In this document: piece after piece, positions 47,012-64,000 of the stretch
Position numbering within the stretch: the first letter of the stretch is position 1
Layout: each line of letters starts with the position of its first letter
DNA from: the human T2T-CHM13v2.0 reference genome, Homo sapiens
Assembly: GCF_009914755.1 (NCBI RefSeq)
Contig: NC_060932.1
Reading direction: 5' to 3' (one strand)
Length of the DNA: 64,000 nucleotides
The notes under the pieces: generated by a model
What the model saw: only the letters and a program-made list of their open reading frames with translations
The model's database searches: none
Told to the model about the DNA's origin: nothing
Program-made: the position numbers and the translations under genes

Positions 47012-50000
47012 ATAGTAAGCCTGAAGCTAGTGGTTATGCAATGATAAGAACATAATAATGGCTAATGTTTATTGAACAATCAATTTGTCCCATGCACTGT
47101 AGCCTTTACATATACTATCACATTTAATTACCAAAATGCCTTTCTGGTATATCATTGCACAAAAATACACGGTGGGGTGAATGTATATTACTGAAAATGC
47201 TTCAACCAGACATTGTATACAATTCCTAGGAAAATCCCAAAAACTATTAGCAAACATCTCAACACTCCTTGGAATTAAATATGATGCTGACTTAATACCA
47301 TCTATAAGGTATATAGTTGTTATATATTTATTATTTAATCATCTCAAGTTGGAATTTAGTTTCTTTAAAAATCACATTTATATCATTAGGAATAATGACT
47401 TCATGTATGGTCCAATATGCACTTACACACATGGTGATTAGCCCATTGCTCTGAGCAGAAAAGGACAAAAAGACGGACTCAAATCATATTTGTTCATTCA
47501 TTCACTCATTGATTCAGCAAGTCTTGCTAGATTTGCTGAATTTTCTCATTCTTTCAGCAAATATTACTAGAACTGTACTACTAAAAAGCAAGAGGAACAT
47601 ATCTGACTTCACTGTTATTATAAGCTTAGTGGAGGAACATAATTACCCACTGATGAAACATAACACTTTGAATTACTTTAAAAGTGCCTGAGGGAAAAGT
47701 AATTCCTCTATTAGACACTCAGGCAGTATCATACATTGCAAAACATAACAGTTGTTGGTTAGTTTGTGTTTGGCAAAAATAGCATTTTTCCTTGGCCATC
47801 TCTGAGTGTAAAATATACAAAGGAAAAATTAATGTGGTTCTTTCGCACTTTGTACCTAAACATGTGCGATACACACTGAGACATTTAGGAACATTTTTTC
47901 AAAGGTGTCTTTTAACTCATTTAAAGATAGGAACTCTAAGAATTAATGATATTATGTGAGACCATAATGAGACTAAAAATATTCATTTAGTACCATATCC
48001 TGGCACTAGCAATATGAGCAAGAGATATTTTATGGGTGAGCATGGTAAGTTGCCCTACATATCAGCCTCAAAAGGCTCACTTATTGTCTCAGCCTGAATG
48101 ATTCGTATAACTATCTATTGTGTAAAGCAGCACTTGCTATTATTTGTCCTAAAGTGACCTCTTTCAAGCTTTAAGATTTGCAAACATCAGTATTCTAAAA
48201 TTTGGTGTGCTCATTTGTATGCAAATTACATGTATTTGGTGTGCCAGTTTGTATCCAATTTGGAGTGTATTCAGCAAGTATATAGACTGCAATCATATTT
48301 CCTCCAAGTCATCACTATTTTATCAGTCCACTTGTGGAAATCACTCTAACCTTGATTGATTTGGTTCTTCTCTAAGCATTTCTTGTACTAGTATGTCTTT
48401 TTAAAGTGGAAGCTACCCTACACAAGTCCTTCCAAATGCACATAGTTCCAGTTTTTATTTAAGCTAGAGTAACGTTCAAAGAACTTTAGAAAGGATACGA
48501 AGACAGGGACCTAAATAAATAATTAAGATTGTTTACTACCACTGTAGTAAGTATTCACATTCTGTTATTCTAAAATATTCAAAACACAAACAGATCTTCT
48601 CTGTTAGAAGTTATCTCCCTGCTATACCGTAAACTCCTGAATAAAAGAAGCCATGTATATTTTTAACCTCCAGTTCATAGTTTAGTCTCAATATATTTTT
48701 ATCAAGTTAAAGTTGAATTATATTATTTTGAAACAAGCACAGCTTGTTCTATGCTTATCTGAAAGGTTCATTTTAACCTAAAATGTCAATTATAGCAAAG
48801 TTAACTATTTAAAATTCTACTTGATCCCTAAGACCTCATCCTTTTCCAAAAAAAATCAGGAGATGAAGAAAATGTCCAATAATTAAGGAACAAGAAATAT
48901 AAGAAGTCAGGGGACTGTTTGGTTTACAGACTGCATAGTCATCACCCCTCCCACCCCTACCCATCCTTAGTGGGCTATGAAATTGTCTACTTATGGCCCA
49001 CAAAAATAGCAATGTAACCAAAACTACATCAATGGGGCTGACCTTTTATAAAGGAAAGACTCCTTACAAAATGGAAAACATTCATTTGATGAAATAGGCA
49101 AACCTAATGGAATTTTGTATTTAAATCAAAGTCATAGGACTACGAAAGTAACATTGGATTAATGAAAACTACTGTGACCTTCTCTCAAAATAAGTCCACA
49201 CTTCAGAGAAGCAATTAAAAGAGCTTACAAAATGTAGACTACATAGCCAATGCCACAGAATGCAAGTCTGAAGAATTTACAGGGTAATAATAAAAATGTC
49301 TAAGTTGCTGCACTTGAAAAGGCAAAAAGACAATCAATGGGTTAATCACTAGACTGCAAAGTATAAAATATTTGCTGAAATGAAAACTAATTGAATCCAT
49401 AAAGCTTTGGTAAAGGCAATCCTCATAGGAACTAACAAAGTACAGGACCTCATGTAGAATCTAAATTCTGTCAGGCTCACTTCTCTTCCTTTGTACAGGA
49501 AGCTACTCACCACAAAGGATGCCAGGGTGGTAAGGAGAACAAGAATGTTCTCCAAAAAGATTTGGCAACTCTGCTTTCAGCGACTCTCTCTATGTGAGCC
49601 TGATATGCATGCACCCTTGTTTCTTTTTTAACAGTGTGATGTGAGAAGCAGAAAATCACATGTTGGTTTATTCTCTAGGTGATGAGAAAAGCCATCCTCC
49701 ACCCCACAAGCTTTACTGATGCAGATAAGAATTAGGAAAATGCATCATTGCTTGCTACTCAGCAATCCAATCTTTATCAAATGAAAGAATTTGGCATAGG
49801 AGCTCAATTTTTGGATTGACTACTGTGCCAGATAAATCTGCAGAAAAGAACTTTCTCCCAAGTTTTGCTGTGAGGAAGAAAGGATGTTTGTCCTCAGTTG
49901 TAGATTCAAGTGAAAAGTATCTTCATGTGGCTCCTGGCATTTTTCATCTCCTTCGAGGGCTGTGGTCAAAATGGAATAAAGTTAGGGCAAAAGTACTGGG

Positions 50001-50289
50001 CTTGGAGGCTCCAATGCCTATCAGGAATCCTCCTTAGAGTGTGGCAAGGCCCTTACATATACTTCCCAATATTCTGCTAAAAATAAAAAGAAGTAGAGAG
50101 CTCTGCTTGAGTTGATACCCAACAGCTACAAACAAAAGCATGGGCAGAGAAGGCTACTCCATATTTTCAGGAATTCAAATTTCTTAGTGTCAAACAAAGT
50201 TTGTGGAGAGATAATAATTTAGCTAAAACCTAAAAATAAAAGTGAAACAAAGCTAATGTGCTAAGCAAAGCATTCTTTTGAAAAATGTA

Positions 50290-50600
50290 GTATTATTTCA
50301 TTATCTAGGTAATATGCATTCACTATAGAAAAAAATTAGAAAACACAGCTTAGCAAAAGAAAAAATCTAAAATATAGTCTCATGTACTCATTGTCCAGAG
50401 ACAATCACTAGTAACATGTTGATATATATTCCACTCTTTTTTATACATCTTACAACTTTTTTAATAAAATGGGATCAGACCATGCATATTGTTTTATATG
50501 TTTTTCTTCATAATGAACACCTTTTCCTACAAAAAAATAATATACAGGTAACATTTTTAAAGTCTGTGTAATATTCCCATTTATGTATATATCCTATTTT
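50290..50600 (-). mobile_element. L1ME 3'UTR fragment
   Basis: 'ccagagacaatcactagtaacatgttgatatatattc...aaaatgggatcagac'. Confidence 0.6.
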
Positions 50601-50607
50601 GCTTATT

Positions 50608-50775
50608 TCAACATTCCCCAAAGTATCTTATGTAAAACACTAGTTCCACAGGCTATAGTTTAAGTGTATTAAGAGGACTATAGCATGCTGCATCTCCTAA
50701 ACATGGCTTCATGGAGCTCTTTTTCAAGGATCTCTCAAAAGTAATGTTCCTCAGAACACTTTCTGGGGAACATTT
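50608..50775. mobile_element. MER117-like hAT-Charlie MITE
   Basis: Inverted ends 'cattccccaaagt...aacactagttcc' / 'gttcctcagaacactttctggggaacat'. Confidence 0.5.
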
Positions 50776-50996
50776 TCTAGGGTGAATTCAAGCACTGCTC
50801 TAAGTCAATACCAAGAATATTGGACTGTTATTAGGGAAGGGAGTTGTCAATGGAAGGAATGATGAGGTTCACAAGTTCTTGCCTCAGTGTGGAGTAGTAG
50901 AGACCATGACCTACCTTTACCCTGGCAAAAGAACTCCCTGCAGCTCAAGTTTGTCCAGGGGAGATAATACGTAAGAATTTCAGACCAAAGATTTTT

Positions 50997-51308
<312 letters not shown>

Positions 51309-52409
51309 TAATTTTGCCTAATCTTGTCTATATTCAAATAATCCTCAGAAACTTGATGGGGATATCTTCAGCCCTGGAACACTGATAAGTCAGGCAAATA
51401 AAGCCCTAGCTACCTCTCTCTGGAGAAATAGATAACTAACCCCTTCCTTTGATTCCAGTGCTGCATAAGGTAGCAGGAGAGAACGTGTGAGGAACTCAAC
51501 TGTTCTCTCTCTTTGGAGCCGACTAACATCCAGTGTAGATCAACAGAACATAGGAAGAATGTGTGCAGGGAAAATGGCAGCCTCACAGTGTGATTCTCAA
51601 ACAGAAATTGCCCTTCTTGTGAGCAAAATCCCACGTGCAGGGCAAATCTCCCGAATTAGAGAGGATCTCGAGCTCTACCTATAGTAGTCATTTACAATTA
51701 AAAATAAGAGAGATTCATTGTGAAATTCAGAGAAAGTTCACTTGGGATCCTAATGCTAAGAGTTAAGACTTGAATCTTATGATGGCAGCATCTCAAATGG
51801 AGCAGGCAAAAAATGGTCCTTGTAATAATTCACTTCTGGGGCCCAGACAGGCTGGCCTCAGAGTAGAAAGAGTTTGTATACAAAGGTTTCTGGTTTTAGT
51901 TCATTTCAGGTATTTTCCAGATGTAGAGGTTTTTTACCCTATCCTCTTCCCTCCCTTTTTGTTCTCTGTTCCAGTCAAGGCTGAAAGACTTGCATATGAA
52001 TTTTAGAGAAAATAGAATCTTAGGCAAAGTCACTGGAAAAAAATACTAATACCAGAGTAGAATAGATTACACAAGACCAATGGAAAGCAAAAGCTTTCAA
52101 AGGGTAAGATTTCCAAGGAGTATCTACGACATAAAGGATTTCTGTGAACCCCTTACCAACATCCACAGCAAAGCAGTAAATAAGCTCTGAGATCTTGAAA
52201 GAACTTTTAAAAATACAGACAAAATTCAAGGCCAGTTTTAATCATGAAGTGCTGTGCTCAGCAAAACTAAAGCCATTATCTTTAGTAGCAGTAGCTTAAA
52301 ATCCTCATTCAGTTCAGAATCAGGGTACCAGGAACTTGGAGTCAAAGGATGAATGGAAAGCCAAGGCAAGAGACTCTACATACATAATATAAGCAGAAGA
52401 AAAAAACAA

Positions 52410-52610
52410 ATAGTAACGCTAACATGTATTGAGTACTTACTATGTGCCCGGCACTATTCTAATTGCTTTGTAGGTAGGAGTTATTAGCATGCCCATTTGC
52501 AGGTGAGGAAACTGATGCATGGAGAGGTAAAGTAAATTGTCCTCCATTATACTGCCACCAAGCCACAGAGCAGAGATTCCCAGCCAGGCTTCCCAGCTCC
52601 ACACCCTGAA
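52410..52610. mobile_element. MIR
   Basis: 'gagtacttactatgtgcccggcac...cccatttgcaggtgaggaaactga'. Confidence 0.75.
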
Positions 52611-52908
52611 GAAGAGAGTTTTAGAAAAGACCTGGGAACTGGGGGTACCACCTCTTCATGTCTCTATTTTGCAAGAAAATGGAGGTGTTTCGACAACCTT
52701 TATGACAGAGAAGATAGTCAGGACAGATAGTACACAATATCCTGCCCCACTCACCCCATTCCCAGGTAGAGTGAGCTCTGCAAAGGCTATTCTGTGAGCC
52801 ACAGTGCTACGAAGTGGCCATCTCTCAGAGCAAAGTAAAAACGTCAGAGGCTCTTTGATGGAGGATCCGCCCCTCTTGTTGGGATCATTTCCTTGTGGTG
52901 GCTACTCT

Positions 52909-52993
52909 TAGGATGACCAATCTGTTCTGGTTTGTCTGAGACTTTCCCAGTTTTAGCATTAAAATTCCTGGGCAGTCCAAGATAGTCACTCTA
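52909..52993. mobile_element. MER94-like hAT-Blackjack MITE
   Basis: Terminal inverted repeats 'taggatgacc' / 'agtcactcta'; 'actttcccagttttagca'. Confidence 0.6.
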
Positions 52994-53791
52994 AATCTTA
53001 TAAAATCATTATGGCATAAGACACCTACCTAATTCTGCCTTCCCCTTAGAAATCAGGATGGAGCTCAGGGAGAAGTAAATCTGGGAAAAGAATTCCTTTT
53101 CTTCACAGGGTAAAATGTCAGACCCATCCTGCCCAAGTGTGGTCACACAGGAGCTATCCAGTGGCAGTATATACTGACTGGGGATATGGATTTTCATGTA
53201 TTTCATGAGTTCAAGTGTCTAAGAATAAGACAGGATGGTGAAGATCTTACCACAGTCCAGAAGAGTCGTGCTGAATGAATGTCTTTCAGAAAATGCAACA
53301 GGCCTGACAGTTACACACATAGACCTATCATTTCAATGTTTACTTGTGAAGGGTATTTGTCCATGACACAATGAACAGAGAGTCCAAGGACAATTCACTT
53401 ACCCTGTGTATTGGTAACAACGTGTGTAAATAAATCCCTCACTATTTCAAGAAAGAGTAATCAGAACACACAGCTAAACAGTTTGGTAAAAATGCTGCAA
53501 AACATGGAAAAAGTAACACTGAGGACTGAGAAATCTTAGGATGCCACACCTCTGAGAATATATATATAGTCAGCGAACTGTACACTTTAAATGGGTAAAT
53601 TGTAGAGTATTAAATTATACCTCAATAAATTTTTTTAAAAAATAAATCTTAAGTGGAAAAGAGAACTGGCCTCTAAAACCTGAAAAAAACTTTAAAGCTT
53701 CTTTAAATGCAATAATAGAAGGATAAGAAAAATGTGCCAAAGAAAAAGGAGAAAAAGAATTAATAAACTGGGAGTTTCCCTCATGAAGTTA

Positions 53792-54778
<987 letters not shown>

Positions 54779-55034
54779 CAAAATAATTTCACTTCATATT
54801 GATATTAATGATTCTCTCTGTAGCATCAGGTAATAAAGCCAACTGATAAATAAATCCAAGAGCTGATTATTTGAAGAGTCAAGAAAAAGATTAAACACTT
54901 ACCAAGCTAGTCATTTAAAAGACCAAAAAATAAGGTTTAGAAAGAGGATACAATTAGAAATGTGGAAGAGATTTACATTAATTTTAAAGCCTAGGTAAAA
55001 ATGTTACACTTGATCTAATAAATTTGAAGATCTA

Positions 55035-55200
55035 GAACTTTAACATGTACCACAATCACCTACAGAGCCTGTTAAAACAAGAGTGTCTGACTCAGTAGAC
55101 CTGGAATGGTACATGCACGCAAAATAAATCTCATTTCTAACAAGTTCCCAGGTGATGCTGATGTTGCTGGTCTGGAAAATACACTTTGAAAATCAGAATT
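55035..55200. mobile_element. MER5A-like DNA transposon fossil
   Basis: 'catttctaacaagttcccaggtgatgctgatgttgctggtc...acactttgaaaa'. Confidence 0.85.
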
Positions 55201-55290
55201 AGGTAAAGTGGAGCTATTTCTGTGAAAATATGAACAATTAAATGACTCAAGAAGTTAAAAAAAAACTGAAAAACATAAAAAAGTTATTGA

Positions 55291-55592
<302 letters not shown>

Positions 55593-55718
55593 GAGGAATT
55601 ACTTTTTAAAGTGCTTTTTAAGGTAGAGAATTTGCCTGTTGAATTTTTATAAAATTATTAAGAAACATACTCTCCATGTCAGGACAACTTTGCCTGAGCA
55701 TTAAAAAATATGAAAAAG

Positions 55719-55843
55719 GGCTTGGCGCGCTGGCTCACGCCTGTAATCCCAGCACTTTGGGAGGCCAAGTGGGGTGGATCATGAGGTCAGGAGATTGAGA
55801 CCATCCTGGCTAACACAGTGAAAACCGTCTCTACTAAAAATAC

Positions 55844-55890
<47 letters not shown>

Positions 55891-56050
55891 CAGGGCGTGG
55901 TGGCAGACGCCTGCAGTTCCAGCTCCTCAGCAGGCTGAGGCAGGAGAATGGCGTGAACCCGGGAGGCGGAGCTTGCGGTGAGCCAGATCGCGCCACTGCA
56001 CTCCAGCCTGGGCAACAGAGCAAGACTCCGTCTCAAAAAAAAAAAAAAAA
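55719..56050 (+). mobile_element. AluY with an expanded A/(AT)n linker
   Basis: 'gaatggcgtgaacccgggaggcggagcttgc'; flanking atgaaaaag / atgataaag. Confidence 0.96.
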
Positions 56051-56789
56051 AATGATAAAGTATCCGGCCCACTTAGAAGCTAGTATAACCCTAAATGCAA
56101 AACCTGAAAAAGGAAACAAACAAACAAAAACTCTAAGCCTATGGTTGTTCAAGTTTTATATAGTCATATAACCTTGTTGTTCATGTAATCTTATGTGGAA
56201 GGCCAATTCTTAAAGCAGATAAAAGCAGACGTTCTCAGCAAAGTGACTTCTCAGCCCTAGATAATGGCTTAAAAATGGTTAGTCACTCCTTTAATCCAAA
56301 CTTACATGGGAATATGGGTGGTATATGGACTACAGCATGAAAGCATATAAAAAGGTCAACAGTATAATAGCAAAAGTCTGTTTAAATTCCAAAAGGGAAT
56401 TATTTACTGCACTCTGATTTTGCTAATGAAGAAGGTTAAAATTAATGTTAAGGCATTTATTTTCCATGACAGTAATTTGAAAAGGGAATAGACTATCAAG
56501 AGGAGTGATTGAAGTAAGCAATATGTATAAATTTTAAAAAGAGTACACAAGTGTGCTGAATACCCTGAGTAGACATGCAGAATCATTAGCATTTTCTGCC
56601 AAGTGTCATGAGGATGGACAAAGCGTAAGAGGAGTAATTTTCATCTTATGTATCTATGCATTAGGGAAAAATGTAGGAATATTATTTTCCCAACAGAGGT
56701 AAAAAGTGAATATGGACCAATACATACTAAAAGTCAATCTTCATCATTACTTAGGAAAGAATTCTTAATAGAAAGATAGTTTTTCAGGG

Positions 56790-61549
<4,760 letters not shown>

Positions 61550-61917
61550 CACTGGGTGAATCCATGCACACAGACAACTTATTAAAAATTGTCTTCTTGG
61601 CCAAATGCAATTCTTAACTACAGCTGCATTCCAGTTTGCTATTATTTTAAATAAAATTTTAAATGTAGATAAAATATGTCACAGCAAAAGCTATAAAGCT
61701 GCAATAAATCATTCTGAAAGCACAATTCATAAGAATTTGCTTACATAAGCACTATGTTAGTAATTTAGCTGTGGATCTTCTTGACAGGTAGACACTATTG
61801 AGTGCATGATTCTAAAAAGAAAAATAAAGGCTTACTGTGATACTAACCAAGTCTGCTCAGCATTAAACACAAGAGCGAGATGCACTAGCAGTACAATTAT
61901 CACAAGGGAACCAACCA

Positions 61918-62189
61918 CAGTTGACCCTTAAACAACAGGTATTTGAACTGCATAGGTCCAGTTATATGCAGATTTTTTTCAGTAAGTACAGTTGGCCCTC
62001 CACACCAAACTCAAACCAAACCCAGATTGAAAATACGGTATTCGCAGGAGGCAAAAACCTGTATAAGGAGAGCTGACTTTTCCTATCCTCAGATGCTTCA
62101 GAGTCAACTCTGGGATTTGAGTATGCCTGGGTTTTAGTATGCACAGGTGAACCTGGAACCAATACCCTGCAAATAAGGAGAGACAATGG
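61918..62189. mobile_element. MER8/Tigger2-type TcMar MITE
   Basis: 'cagttgacccttaaacaacaggtatttgaactgc...gaaaatacggtattcgcagga...ctggaaccaataccctgc'. Confidence 0.85.
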
Positions 62190-62459
62190 TACATTGATGA
62201 CTATTAATATAAATTGTCTTAATCATGAGCCATGAGGAAAAAAAATGGAACAGACTCTATTATGTCCTAGGGAAAATTAGTAACAAAAAAAATGCTGGGT
62301 ATGCAGGGTATACCATATGTATGCCCTACAATCTTGAAACAAAAGTTTTAAAAACTTTAAATTCAAGACCTAGTTCTTCCATTTACTATTGTATGTACAT
62401 TGGGAGAGTCCCTTCATCACTCTGGGCTTCCATTTCCTCCTCTGTTATCTTGCAGCATT

Positions 62460-62630
62460 TAATTACAATTGCAATTATTCAATTTATTGTGGTTTTGTCC
62501 ATATCCCTTAATAGAATATAAACTGCATAATGATAAGGATGTTGCCTGTATCAGTCACTACAGTATCCCTATCACCTAGCACAGGGCCTGGCTTATTGTA
62601 GAGGCTCATTAATGATATTGAAAAAATGAC
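62460..62630 (+). mobile_element. L2 3' end
   Basis: 'gtatccctatcacctagcacagggcctggc...gctcattaatgatattgaa'. Confidence 0.65.
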
Positions 62631-62707
62631 TTAAATCTTACAAATAAACTCTAACTCATAAGATTATCTTAACTAAACAAGATCATTTAGTGCCAGCTCT
62701 TTTGTAA

Positions 62708-62952
<245 letters not shown>

Positions 62953-63140
62953 AAAAAAGTTCATTATTAACCAAACATTTCAACCAAGTCTTCCTGAATT
63001 TACAAAAAGCAAAATGAAGACTTGCTAGCTCTGCACTGTAACTGGTAACACTGCCAATGAGTCACTTGACTTTTGTAGACTACAGCTGTACATCTTAAAA
63101 TGGAGCCAGCCTACCTAATCCTGATAGAAGAATAAAATAA

Positions 63141-63918
<778 letters not shown>

Positions 63919-64000
63919 GTGAGTCAAGTTGGTTTAGCCGTGAAGCAGTATACTAGAATCGTGTAGCGTTTCTTGTCTGAGGGAAAAGTATAAAGGGATC

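Noticed and set aside
49615-49680. Two plus-strand splice-acceptor-like sites
   Set aside because: No matching donor or coding frame; common by chance in AT-rich DNA

Overview
AT-rich, repeat-dense primate genomic DNA (human or great ape, judged from AluY/AluYa-type and L1PA elements). I find no CpG island, no recognisable host protein-coding exon and no RNA gene, so this reads as intergenic or deep-intronic sequence. The longer ORFs in the track are LINE-1, Alu or microsatellite by-products. Main contents: two 5'-inverted (twin-primed) L1PA insertions, one keeping a 699-codon ORF2 segment with the RT domain; a ~4.7 kb L1MA; about a dozen Alu/FAM elements with target-site duplications (TSDs); MaLR/ERV solo LTRs; DNA-transposon fossils; and L2/MIR fragments. 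Not explained by ordinary repeat annotation: a ~960 bp inverted local duplication (26.4-27.4 kb vs 53.8-54.8 kb) of an unidentified insert inside an old L1, several templated micro-duplications, a probable MER121 conserved element, a close inverted AluY pair and a young truncated AluYa-like insertion. I see no evidence for a new protein-coding system. Repeat subfamily names come from remembered consensus sequences and need RepeatMasker/Dfam confirmation.
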